A program made the translations under genes and the position numbers. The notes beneath the pieces are model-generated. The model did no database searches, was not told where the DNA came from, and worked only from the letters and a program-made list of their open reading frames with translations. Shown piece by piece: positions 1-12,652 of a stretch of DNA of 64,000 bases (its first letter is position 1; each line of letters begins with the position of its first letter). The stretch is from Squalus acanthias. Its lineage: Eukaryota. The stretch covers positions 63,924,001-63,988,000 of the forward strand of contig CM059438.1 of NCBI GenBank assembly GCA_030390025.1. The letters run 5' to 3'.

Positions 1-100
1 TCAGGCAGCCCAATGATCTGACTACTGATCACCTTCAGATCAGATCAGTGGTGTGATCCAGTCTCCATCTGCAACAGGCCATTTTTACCATCAAGTCAAT

Positions 101-329
101 TGACGTAAGAAAACTACTAGGCACTTGGTCTGAGTATTAAACAAGGCTTTAATCAACTGTTTTTCAACATGGAGGTCTAGTTGTGTCCTTCACTAGTTCC
201 TGTTAAAGAATGTCCTGAGCAAGCTGGGCCCATGCCCGAGTATTTATACTCTCCCTGGACAGCGCCACCAGCAGGCCGCCCAGTATTATTTCATAAGTCA
301 TTTCCACATGAATGACAAGATTCATGTCA
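101..329 (-). mobile_element. Solo LTR (229 bp) with 5-bp TSD TCAAT
   Basis: Ends are TGAC...GTCA. TCAAT lies at 96-100 and 330-334. It is the reverse complement of the near-identical copy at 32286-32514 and has TATAAA and ATTAAA on the minus strand. Confidence 0.85.
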
Positions 330-1734
330 TCAATTCCTTGCAAAAGACCATACAAGTGGGCTGTCCTTCACCTGATGTCTTGAGGGACATGGAATGAAGG
401 GAGGCATATTTCCAAGAAGAGAAAGCTCTAATTCTTTTCTCTGATGTTAAAAGCTGTATATCGATTACTCTTAATCCAAAATCACCTCATTCAAATTGCC
501 TGATCACTCGAAATTAGCAGCATTAAATTCCCACTTTCCTATGTTATTTGCTGTTTACCTAACTAGCAACAGCGACGAAACTTGATGTAACGTCATTGGC
601 TGTGAAGTGTTTTGGGGTGTCAATCCAATTCTGTTCTTTATTTACATTGCTTAATTCAGATTATTGGATAATTCTATATTTGTTAGTGCAAAAAGGATTG
701 TATTAATGTAACATTAGAACATACACAGCACAGGTTAGAATCCTTTACCACTGGTACCGCACCCAGAGACCTTAATGAAAATTAGGGGCTGCCTAAAACA
801 GTCTGATTTTGTGAAACATTTTTAACTGTACTTTGTAGTTTCATGACTGGAGTTTTAGTGCATTATTTGATAATGTAACATGACAGATGTGTGTTTCATT
901 GCTAGATATTGGACTGCATTTCTGTGTTTTTGGCTGCACTCGTTATCTGTACAAAGGGAGCTGGAACAGTTTAAAAGTCTTACATTCTGTTGTCCTCTGT
1001 GACCGTGCCTTGTGACGATGAATTAGCAATGACCTTGGAGTAGATTGTCAAAGCATTTGCGACTCGACAAGGCCATTTGAAGTTTAATACTCTTCCTGAA
1101 AATAAAGCCTGTGCAGCAGCCAACGTTGTGCGCATTTTCCATCGTTCAGCGGATCGTGAGACTAAACTAACTCTTTTCAATTCCCCTGCAGCCTCGTGAC
1201 AATTCCCATTTGGCTGTCGAATGTTGCTGTAAGGGATATTGCATGCTTAAAACTATTTTTATTTCTGTCATTTTTGCCGTTACTTTGGGGACATTTTTAT
1301 CTGCAAGTTTCCCTTGGGGTCCAGTGGCCTATTCAGCGTGTGCTATTAATGGGGGCAAGTCATGACTTACATAACTTGCCAACCAGCCAGGGCTCCTCAC
1401 TCCACCCTTGGAGCTCTCTGTGTGCCCTTCAGCTATTTGTACTTACCTAGTTTCACTTCTATTTCATGAAGATTTTCCTAGGGGCTGAAGAAGTGATTAT
1501 GTCACCAGAAGTGCTTGGACAAATAGCACAATTCGTCTCCCACACAAGGGAATTGCGAGTTTTATGGATGCTCCCAACACTTGGAGGAGCTCCAAATCCT
1601 GACGCGGGGCTTCTCCAAAGGATCAGGCATTGCGCAACTGAGCCATACAAACCATGAGGTCCCAGGGTTCGATTCCTGGCCTGTAATGAGCTGGCTGATT
1701 TCGGGAACTGTGGTAGTAGGAGCGCTGGAATTGG

Positions 1735-1876
1735 CCTTACAAGCTTTTGGTCACCTGTCTTAATATCGCATCATGTGACTCAGTGTCACATTTTGTTTGA
1801 TAACGCTCCTGGGAAATGCCTTGGGATGATTTTACTGCATGAAAGGCGCTATATAAATGCAAATTGCTGTTGTTGT
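1735..1876 (+). mobile_element. L2 LINE 3' end fragment
   Basis: Ends ...aaaggcgctatataaatgcaaattgctgttgttg, the same 3' end as the L2 copies at 8035 and 30607. Confidence 0.7.
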
Positions 1877-2557
1877 ATGCACACACGCATGCCCATTGAG
1901 CTGGGCTCAGCTGTATCTCCCCATGACTGAATAGCCTGCCAAGTCTCATTAGCTGGCTCGCATTATGAGGAATGGTCACTTGGGTAAGGCACCAGAGGAA
2001 ACAGGAACCTGTCGAACTGTTCCCTGGTAAGAGGCAATAACTTCATGTAAAGAGAAAATAGGCAAGAAAAAGAACAAAATTTGACCCAACGATTTTATTT
2101 TCTTCACCAAGAAACCCAGCTGTGTGTGACACCGCAGGAAAAATAAATTGCTTGATATAAGTTTGAAAAGAGCCTGAGTTTTCAAAATACTTTGGGATTG
2201 TTTCCTGAATTTTAGCTTCTGCAGTGAAGGCAATTAGGTGAGCTTGCACTTTCCAATATTACTGTAGGGGACAGAAAAGTGACTGTATTGTGCTGAAGTC
2301 TTTCCTAAACAGTAATGCGTGTTGGTGCAGTAACGCAAACAATTTTTTTACCAAGGAGCCTGGGCCAGAGCTGGAGACATCAGCAAGGTTGAATATAGCA
2401 GGAGAGAAGATGAGACAGATGTTACTCTGTTGATTACAGAGCATCATCTTTACGGATCAATTAAAAAAAAGCAACTGAAGCTCCTCATTCGCTGCAAACT
2501 CCACATTTAAATAACATTTTGTGTAAACGCTTACTGGAAGTGTTTGGAATGGGCCAA

Positions 2558-3335
2558 CAACAACAACACCTGCCACTCGAATTTATGTAGTGCCTTTAAT
2601 GTGGAAAAATATCCCAAGATGCTTCACAGAGGTTTTGGGGGAAAAATATGGACACCAAACCAAATAAGGCAATATTAAGAGGGGTGACCAAAAGATTGGC
2701 CCGAGAGGTAAGTTTTAAGGAGGGCCTTAAAGGAGCAGAGGGAGGTGGAAGGGTTTGGGAAGGGAATTTCAGAACATGGGGCCTAAGCGGCTGGAGGCAT
2801 GGCCTTCAATGGTAGGGCAAAGAGGCGGTTCCTGCACAAGAGGCCAGAGCCAGAGATTCGGAGAGTTTGGGGATCAGTTATAGGATTAGAGGAGGTTACA
2901 AAGGTAGGGAGAGGTGAGGCCATCAAGGGATTTTAACACAAGAATCAAAAATGTTAAACTTGAAGCACTGAGAAACTAGGAGCCAACGTAGGTCAGAGAG
3001 GCCGGGTTAATGGGTAAGCAGGACTTTATGCAGGATAGGATACGGCCACCAGTTTTGGATGTTCTGAAGTTTACAGAGGGTGAAGAATGGGAGGTCAGCT
3101 ATGAGAGCAGTGGAACAGTTGCATTTGGAGGTGACAAAGGCATGGATGAGTGTCTCAGTGGCAGAAGGGCTGAGGCAAGTGATGTTACAGAGATTGAAGT
3201 GGGCAGTCTTTGTGATGAAGAGCATGCTGTGTCAGAAGCTGAGCTCGGGGTTGAATAAGGCGCCGAAATTGCAAACAGTCTGGTTCAGCCCGAGGTAGTG
3301 GTCGGGGAGGGGCATGGAGTCGGTGGTGAGGCTAT
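2558..3335 (-). mobile_element. L2 LINE 3' fragment (degenerate RT C-terminus + 3' UTR)
   Basis: ORF 3007-3225 (ETLIHAFVTSK) matches the L2 ORF2 tail motif LIHAFVTSRLDY; the tail reads (caa)n on the + strand. Confidence 0.75.
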
Positions 3336-3844
3336 GGTCCGCCTATTGCTTCCATCTGTTAAGAATGGCAGGTTTGGTATCTGGCTCATTATCTTAACTG
3401 TAAGGGCTCATTAACATACCAATCCTTGCTTTGTCCTAAAGGTGCAAACCTAGGCTTTTAGCCAGCCGTGAGCTAAATTTAACAATAGTAACATTTTAAT
3501 AAAAATCATACCAAGATCTTTCAACATGGTCACGGGATACATCAATAAATAATTTTTAAAAAATCAATCAACTTCAATTACTGAGGTCTCTCGGAAAGGG
3601 CTCAACTGGGAATCATTTCCTACAATTATTTTCCGCCTGTCATGTATTTAGTTAAATGCAATTTTCTGTGCATCCAGATGTTTATTCCTGGCAAGACCCG
3701 TTTCCATGCCAACTTTCTGACAATCTAACAACTGATGATACTTACAGGAAACCCTTGCATCCCAAAGTGGGCAGGTACAAGGCGAAGATTTCTCTTTCTT
3801 GGAACGAGTTGGGAAGTGCCACGTTTCAAAGTGTCAGAATTCTT

Positions 3845-4260
3845 GTTCACGGGTAGCAATCTCGCCTCCGAGTCAGAACATTCCTCGTTCAGCAGCCATT
3901 CCAGGACTTGAGCGCACAAGCTAAGCTTACAGTTCAGTGTAGTGCTGAAGGGAGTTGTTGGACATTGTTGGACTTAACGGTAAGACGCTAAGCAGATTTA
4001 GCTTGAGCTGTTTATACCTGGTTAACTGGTAATGCAAGTTGATTCAATTGTTCAAAAGGTATTTTACGGCTTAACTTTAAAGTATACTATAGGACACAGA
4101 ACAGCTTTAAGTTCTGGTGGAAAATACTGTAAGTATAAGTGTCAGCTTGGCTCGATTGGTCGCATTATCGCCTGAGTTAAATGGTTGTGGATTTGAGCGC
4201 ATAATCTAGGCTGACATGTCAGTGCATTACTGAGGGAGTGCTAGATAAATGCAAGTTATT
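3845..4260 (+). mobile_element. Two degenerate DeuSINE 5' fragments (about 3845-3960 and 4140-4260)
   Basis: tRNA-like heads and 'ctaggctgac...ctgagggagtgct' shared with the full SINE copies. Confidence 0.5.
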
Positions 4261-4619
4261 ACTGAATCGCTACTGGAAAGGACCATGAGTTTTATGTAAT
4301 TGTAGTGGAAAAAGGAAATAGAATTGAGAGCAATGGGTTATTTGCAAGTCATCACTGCAGAGGAGTTCGGACAGGACTACAATGGATGTTGTTTAAAGAG
4401 ATGAAGGATGTTGTTTAGTTAGAGTTGAAGGAGAGGTCAGTAGAATTAGAGATTAAGATCAGCAAGCTCATCAAAATTGGTATTAGTCATAGATTCATAG
4501 ATGAAAGACTTGTAGATCATAAGAGCAGGTGTCAGACTGAGAGGGAAAAATAGCTCAATAGCTGAACAAGGTCAGTATGTACCTTGTTAGGAAAGCAGTG
4601 GTGAATACAATTACTGACC

Positions 4620-6300
4620 AACAACAACAGCAACAGCTTGTATTTCTATAGCACTTTTAACATAGTAAAACGTCGCAAGGTGCTTCACAGGAATGTTATA
4701 AAACAAATGTTGACACCGAGCCACATAAGGAAATATGAGGGCAGATGGCCAAGAGCTTGGTCAAAGAAGTAGGTTTTAAGGAGTGGCTTAAAGGAGGAAA
4801 GAGAGGTAGCGAGGCGGAGAGGTTCAGGCAGGGAATTCCAGAGCTTAGGGCCTTGGCAGCTGAAGGCACGGCCACCAATTATAATCAGGGATGGAGCGAT
4901 TATAATCAGGGATGCTCAAGAGGGCGGAATTAGAGGAGCGCAGATATCTCGGGGGGTTGTGGGGCTGGAGGAGATTCTTCTTAGGCAGTCCCTCGGAACC
5001 GAGGATGACTTCTTCCACATTAAAAATTAGTTCTCAGGTGACTGATGAGTCCAATGCAGGACCTACAGTCTCTGTCACAGGTGGGGCAGACGGTGGTTGA
5101 AGGGCGGGTGGGCGAGGTGCTTGGGTTGACGTGCGCTCCTTGCGCTGCTTGCGCTTGGCTTCCGCTTGCTCCCGGCAAAGAGACTCGAGGTATTCAGCGC
5201 CTTCCCGGATACTTCTCCTCCACTTTGTGTGGTCTTGGGCCAGGGATTCCCAGGTGTCGGTGGGGATGTTGCACTTTTTCAAGGAGGTTTTGAGGGTGTC
5301 CTTGAAGCGTTTCCTCTGCCCACCTGGGGCTCTCTTACCGTGTCGGAGCTCCGAGTAGAGTGCTTGTTTTGGGAGTCTCGTATCGGGCATGCAGATGATG
5401 TGGCCCATCCATTGGAGCTGATCGAGCGTGGTCAAAGCTTCGATGCTGGGGATGTTGGCCTGAGCGAGAACACTGACGTTGGTGCGCCTATCCTGCCAAT
5501 GGATTTGCAGGATCTTGCGGAGGCAGCGTTGGTGGTACCTCTCCAGTGCTTTGAGGTGCCTGCTGTACATGGTCCATGTCTCTGTGGCATACAGGAGGGC
5601 GGGTATCACTACTGCTCTGTAGACCATGAGCTTGGTGCCCGGTTTGAGGTCCTGGTCTTCAAACACTCTCTTCCTCAGGTGACCGAAGGCTGCACTGGCA
5701 CACTGAAGGTGGTGTTGGACTTCGTTATCGACGTCTGCCCTTGGTGACAGTAGGCTCCCGAGGTATGGAAAGTGGTCCACGTTGTCCAAGGCCTCGTCGT
5801 GGAGTTTGATAATCGGGGGGGAAATACTGTGTGGCGGGGGCAGGTTGGTAGAGGACCTTTGTCTTACGGATGTTTAGTGTAAGGCCCATGCTCTCGTACG
5901 CTTCAGTGAAGGTGTTGACGATGGTTTGGAGTTCGACCTCCGAGCGTGCGCAGACGCAAGCGTCGTCTGCATACTGTAATACGACGACAGAGGATGGGAC
6001 GACCTTGGAGCTGGACTGGAGGCGACGGAGGTTGAACAGTTTCCCGTTTCTTCTGTAAATTAGCTCCACTCCAGCGGGGAGCTTACTGAGGGTGAGATGG
6101 AATTGTGGGGCTGGAGGAGATTACAGAGATAGGGAGGGGGCGAGGCCATGAAAGATTTGAAAACAAGGATGAGAATTTTGAAATCGAGGCGTTGCTTAAC
6201 CGGGAGCCAGTGTAGGTCAGCGAGCACAGGGGTGATGGGCGAATGGGACTTGATGCGAGTTAGGACACGGGCAGCCGAGTTTTGGATGACCTCAGTTTAT
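4620..6300 (-). mobile_element. L2 LINE 3' fragment interrupted by an RTE insertion
   Basis: L2 sequence at 4620-4976 resumes at 6103-6300. Confidence 0.8.
4977..6102 (-). mobile_element. 5'-truncated RTE-clade LINE (RT C-terminal part, one frameshift)
   Basis: ORFs 5725-6069 (LQYADD) and 5034-5789 (FPYLGS, LLYATETWT, GGQRKRFKD). Short (AAG) tail. 20-bp TSD ttgtggggctggaggagatt at 4957-4976 and 6103-6122. Confidence 0.9.
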
Positions 6301-6599
6301 TGAGTGTAGAACAGAAGGAGTGGACTACGGTTAGGAGGACCAGATGGAAAAGAGAATAATGCAGGAAATGAGTAACAAAAAGGTTTCAGGTTTGGACTGA
6401 AGTGGGGATAATAGACAGGAAAAGTAAGAAGGAAATGAGGAGAAGTGGAATCAAAATAAGAGGTGAGGAGAAAAAGGAAGGCTATAGCAGTAGAATATCC
6501 AGTGGTGACGATCAGTAAAACTTCCAACAATCCTTCGGCCTTAATTGACCTGAGGACCTATTCAAACCACTTCCCCAACAGGAGCAGCCGAACAGTGGA

Positions 6600-7035
6600 A
6601 TAAAAGAAACAGATCCCATTAGCAGCGAAATATTTTAGCCGTGCTCCAAACACCAAACTAGCTATGAGCAACAGTTAGGAAAGAACAGCTACTACTATAT
6701 ACAAGACAGAATTGTGGCTCTTTTAAATTAGTTTTGGAAGGGAGAACAATTAGACTTAAACTGTGGAGAAGCGTAAAGTAGGACATGGTTAAGGAGGATC
6801 GAAGACATAAAATAAGTCAGGAAATAAAGATACGTGCAGTAAAAAAACATAAAATCTAAAACAAAAGGAACACGACTGAATGCCCATACCTCAATTCTAG
6901 AAGCTTTCAGAATAAAATGCTGGAATTGGAAATCATAAGTAGTGGAAGAAAATGGTTATTGGGATGAAGAAACAGGTAACGTCCCAGAAGGTGGGAGTGC
7001 AATCACTATGCAGGGATATCGATTGTTCAGGAACG
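6600..7035 (+). mobile_element. Old CR1-like LINE fragment (start of the endonuclease domain)
   Basis: Degenerate YLN-RS--NKM-ELE and QGYRLFR motifs near 6885-7035. Confidence 0.4.
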
Positions 7036-8034
7036 CTAAAGATATAGGTGTGTAAATGCCCAGAACAATGTAAGGCTTTCGAACTGATATTTCAAAGGAA
7101 GGGGAATAAAATCAGGGAGGACAGGGTTAACAATTGGATCTGCCACTGATTCCCAGCACAAGCAAAGGAAGATGACTGCTTTTGTGGAGTAATTTTCCAT
7201 CCTTGTACTGCTGGTGGAGAGCCACACCTGCTAGTGGTGAATGATACAAGTGGTTCAAGATGACGAAAATTGTTGGTTCCTTTCTCGAAGTATTCGTTAG
7301 GGTATGTGGTTTGTGCAGAGGGAGGGAGAATTCCTGGTGAATAGTTGGAAAAATGCTTGCATCTCAGGCAAAGGTGTCTCTAGAGGGACAGACTTTTTGG
7401 CACAGAGTGAGACCTTTGAGGGCAAATACCAAGGAAGGCAGTCGGACTTTTCGAACGAGAATACTGCAGTCAGGAATGAGCTGGTGAGGAGACTGTCATA
7501 TGAAAGGGGTGAGGTGACTGCTGAGGCTGATATAGGTGCTTCTCGGGTAAGTGGGGTTTATGAAGTTTGATTCAGGGCTTGAATGATTTGACCTGGAAGA
7601 TGTCATGGAGGAGCGGGCCTTGAGCTCTCTAATTGGTAGACCACCAGTAGCAATTCTTGCAGTGGGGAGCCAGAAACTTTTTGCACTACCCCAGTCAGAA
7701 CCACTTCTACATTTGGGGGACTCTTCCACTATTGATAAACCAAGCGATTGACAATTGGTCCATCGGTAGCACACACTGGTTGGGCCTGGAGACCCGGTTT
7801 GAAGGCCAGAATGTTAACATGGGGCTGCACCTGTATGGTAGCGGAATGGAAAAGTGTTTGGTCACAGTCTTGCTCAGAGTCTTGATTTCAGTTAGCGACT
7901 GTAGACGATGCAGATATTGCTTGGCGGTAGAACGTAGGTCCGACTCTCATATAGGCTACTTTAGCTGAGTTTTCCCTGTGCAAAAGGAAAATTTGCGAGC
8001 AAGATCAAGCTTCTTGTGCATCCTTCTCCGCACC

Positions 8035-8286
8035 CTTGGCGAGCGCCTTCAGCTGCCTGGGCCCTAAGCTCTGGAATTCCCTCCCCAAACCTCTCCGCCT
8101 CTCTACCTCTCCCTCCTCCTTTAAGACGCTCCTTAAAATCTACCTCTTTGACCAAGCTTTTGGTCACCTGTCCTAATATCTCCTTATATGGCTCAGTGTA
8201 AAATTTTGTCTGATATCGCTCCTGTGAAGCACCTTGGGACGTTTTACTATGTTAAAGACGCTATATAAATACAAGTTGTTGTTGTA
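8035..8286 (+). mobile_element. L2 LINE 3' end
   Basis: ccctaagctctggaattccctccc ... ctatataaatacaagttgttgttg. Confidence 0.8.
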
Positions 8287-11200
8287 TGTCATGAGTGACA
8301 GTTGTTTGTTTGCAGAATAAACAAGGAAAAGCAATGAAGCAGAAAATATTCTGTATCAGCAAATCACATTTGAATACATCAGGGCATTGTACTTGGTTCA
8401 CCGAGTACAGGACTGGCAGGGAACTGCACCAGTTTAATGGAATCTGGGTTGGGAAGTGCACATACAGCTTTTAAAACTGAGAGTGCAATAGTTTCTCCAA
8501 GCGAAACAAATGAGACTTCATAGATTGGGAAATATCCAACCTATGAATGAGGAATGAACATTGAATTATTTACCGAAATAAAGAATACAGAATTAAAACA
8601 CCGCGAAATCAAGCTCAGAGTGGGAATGTACTGACATTTCAAAATTATTCTTCATCCCTTCTCAATCACTCCTACGATGTAAAATCTTCATTCCTTTTAA
8701 CATTTTAACGTGTATTTGATGCCTTCATTTTTAATATTTTAACATGACTTCTTGCTCTGGTGCAAATTGTGGCAATGTTTTTGTACCAAACCAATTGCAG
8801 TTTTATATTGTCATATTTGGAAACAAAAATCTTCCACTAATATCCTATTGATTGAAACCGTAGTTTTTTCAACAAAGACAGTTTGGGCTGTGTCAAATAA
8901 TTTTATCCACTTCACGATGTAGAGCTTGCTTCAACTGAGTTGAATTTGTCGAAGAACCTCAGTGAATGGTGGTTCGACATGAAAGCATTATTAATGCAGT
9001 TTGCATCTCCGAGTCTGAACATCACATCATCACTACCACTGGGCTGAAAGCACTTTAGAAAACATGCCTGCTTCATCATTTATTTTGGATTGGGGTTATC
9101 CAAGGCAATAGTCTTCAAGGGTCACATATGCGGATAACTTAGAGCTTTGAAGGCCACATTTAAAGTTTAAATCCATGTTTCCATCTACCTCGGGTTGCTG
9201 ATGCTAACAGATCCAGGTGTCCTGATTTAGCATTTATTCCCCCTGTGAAGCACTAGCATAAAGCACAGCTTCTTCCAATCCTCCAGGCCCACACAATTCC
9301 AACGCGACAAATCGGTAAATGAGAAATACAAGTTCAAATAGGACTGAGCTACTTGAGTCTTCAGGGCCAGATTGCTAGGGTTTGGGGGTGGGTGGCGGGG
9401 GGGTGCACAGTTTGAACACCCCTGCTTTTGATTGATTTGATTGCACAGTTAGGTCTGTTTTAGGTCAGTGCACAGGACAAACTTAGACCACTTTCCTCTA
9501 CTTCCTGTCTCACTGTAGGTTACGTAGCGTTTACAGCACAGAAACAGGCCATTCTGTCAGTGTTTATGCTCCACACGAGCCTCCTCCATCTCATCTATTT
9601 ACTTCATCTCAGCCTATCAACATAGCGACAATCCAATGTCCCCGTGAGACTGTGTTCAATAAAGAGCAACAGCTGTGCCTTTGGCCACTTGGAGAATTGA
9701 GCTCATGTTTGCCATGTGACAGGTAGGGATCCTTTCCACTGGGCTCAGTCTGAACGGCTTATCCAAGCCATCCCACTACACCGACTGCATTGATTACAGC
9801 AAAATGGTGGTGAGTGACTAAAGATGATCTCACCGTGTTGCCAAGAGGACAAGTTAGCACATGAGAACATTAGTGGGCCTAGACACAGTGGGGACACCTC
9901 CTCCGCAGTGCTCGAGATGTAAACAGCTCTCTCATTGCTGCTGGCGAACATCCGGCAGTTCTGCCTGTGAGTTCAGATGATAAAAGAAGGCTGGACTTTA
10001 GTATTTTGCACCATCATCACAATAAAGTGTGAAGGTTCAAAAACTGCACCCTTGTGTAATTTCCCATAGCAATAATAAATTGCTTTTCATTCAAGAAGTA
10101 AAATGTATATTAAAATGACCATGCTTCATAAAGTAAACAGAAGATGGCAGAATCCTACTTTTATAATTGAAGGGATAAATTAGGTGAGATGCTCACAGAA
10201 GCTTACAGCACAGAAGGAGGTCATTTGGCCCATTGCGTCGGTGCCTTTTTTTTAATACATGTTTATCTTCTTTTAAGAAAAAGCAATTGACACATTCTAA
10301 GAGTTTTGTTTTCTGGATGTGGGTGGTTAATAGGACAGACCAAAGGACAGAAAGATAAGGTCACTGGGATCAAATGCACCTGGAACTAAATGCCTTGTCA
10401 ATATTGCTTCCTGATATAGGAAGATTCAGGATGATCCTGGTTTGATGCGAGATTCGAAAAACTGAATTATGTGGACCAGTGATGACTACAGATCGAGTAA
10501 TCGGCTCCACTCTGCACATCGGGCCATGCTGAAAATTGAAAGTGCTGCAATTTACTGGGATGGAAAAGTAACAGGAACTTATCGCAATTGAAACTCATTG
10601 GGGAGGGACAAAGGTGAGAGCAGTTTGCCGTTGAACTTGGTTTGTATCACACTGTCTTATCTTTTTAAAAAAGGGGGGAGATAAGGTTTGGGGTTATGAA
10701 GATAAAGGCTATCTGGTTCTGACCAGCAAGCAGATCTAGACACTTGTCATTTCCTAAGCTTCTAAAGGACTTGTTTAGCCATGTTCTAGTCTTTGTTATC
10801 CTACATATACAATTTAAAAGCTACTATTGCAGCATCAACTCGTGTGTGCGTTCTACCTGCCACTCCGGAAGTGAGTTTCCTACTTCTGTCATCTGCCTCC
10901 TGGCCCTCTCTGCTTTTCTCCTCAATTTATATCTCCTCCCGCATCTGCACTCATGCTATCCCATTCTTTTTTTCCTCTTTTTGTCTTCTTCAATATGCTT
11001 CTCCCAGTTTTCCACCTCATTCAACCTCCCTAAAGATCTCTTCTCTTGCCCTGGCCCCACACTCAAGCCCATTTCAGGACAGCTTCTTACAGCTCCACCT
11101 TGGGCATTGTCTGCTATGCCCATTATGGCACTAATCACAGTCTCTCCCAGAGCTGCAATGCCAATTGCTTCTCCACTCCTTTCCTGGTGAACATCCTTAC

Positions 11201-12447
11201 AAGCTCATTCACTAGCTCAATCTGTTTAAACTCTATCGCCTCCGGCTTCCCTAGTGGGTTCCCAACCTCCAACCTGCTTCTCGTTGTCCTCAGATTGTTG
11301 CAAACAAGTCTATCTCGTAATGGATGAGTCAATTGGCCTGGATCATGGATACTCTTTCCTTCTTACTGAAGCCATGCCAACTGATTACATATTCCAACTT
11401 GCCCCCCACCCACTCAAGAAAATGTGATTATCGCCACCAAGTCCCATCTGGACCTCTCCCCTTTCCTACTTTACAACCTTTTCTCATTTCAATACATCAC
11501 CTTCTTCCACTACCTTTAAAGTTCTTGTTCTCTACCATCTTCCCAAACCTCATGGTGATTTCTTTGACAAGATCTTCTCCATGTTCTCCTCCCATAGCCT
11601 TTGTACCAAGTAACTTCTCATCCTCGGTGTGTACAGTCTTCATCTAAATTCCACAAGCCCTCTCCTGTGACTTCTCCGGCCTCCTCTCCTCATTCCACAT
11701 CATCCTGCATACAAATTCCTCATCCAGACCCGCAGTCGCCTTCTCAGCCTTGCCATCATATGAGGTTTTGTCACCTCCAAGACTTTGAGCACTGACAAGG
11801 CTATTTGCAATCACTATCTCATCTCCCACTCTGTCTATCTGCTTTCTTACTACCCTCAACCTCTGTCTTGGACAAAAACGTCCTATTACCTCCCTCACCA
11901 GTACACTTTAACTCTATACCCTCTTCCCTGGCTATCAAACCACCAGCACACTACTGCAACAGTCAACCTCCCAACTGTTTCTTATCTCTACATTTAATGC
12001 CTTGTTCTCTCCAAGTCATTCACAGTTTCCCACTCCATAGTTCTCACCTCTGCACCATTAGGTTTGAAGGCCACAAACTCGAGCACACTTACCATATGAC
12101 ATGCCTGGTTATTCAATGCCAGATCTACCATAACTATCTCATAGAATACCGCACTTCCCTCTCCCTGGCTAATTCTCCTTCTACTCCAGGATCATTCTCT
12201 AGGATAAGGATGATTTCAGATGCCTCATTGACCAGCCACCACCTCCGATCCCTTTGCCCTACCCCTCCACTCCATCATCCCCTCCAAAGCCTAGTCCTTT
12301 TGAGCATTTCTGTCTCAAACATGAAGACTCTTCCTCCTACCTTGATCCTCTCTCAGTCTCTTTCTTGATCTCAGTCCTGAAGAGGCTCATCTTCACAAAG
12401 AAGCCTGATGTGTTGACCCCCTTTCCACTCAACTTCTGATAGTTATT

Positions 12448-12652
12448 ACAAAAGCAAAATACTGCGGATGCTGGAAATCTGAAATAAAAACAGAAAATGC
12501 TGGAAATACTCAGCAGGTCAGGCAGCATCTGTGCAGAGAGAAACAGAGTTAACGTTTCAGGTCGATGACCCTTCGTCAGAACTGGAAAAAGCTGGAGATG
12601 GAACAGGTTTTTAAGCAAGTGCAGGGGCAGGGAAAGGCGGGAGGAGAGGAAA
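12448..12652 (-). mobile_element. Penelope-like terminal repeat (pLTR) fragment
   Basis: Homologous to the 3' end of the Penelope-like element at 61660-64000. Confidence 0.8.
12547..12583 (-). ncRNA. Minimal type-I hammerhead ribozyme motif
   Basis: Minus strand reads AGUU-CUGACGA-A-GGGUC(AUC)GACCU-GAAAC-GUU-AACU. Confidence 0.7.

Noticed and set aside
1976..2447. Protein-like minus-strand ORFs
   Set aside because: In-frame stop between them, no splice support and no recognisable domain.
4879..4914. Short direct duplication attataatcagggatg
   Set aside because: Local duplication within L2; no functional signal.
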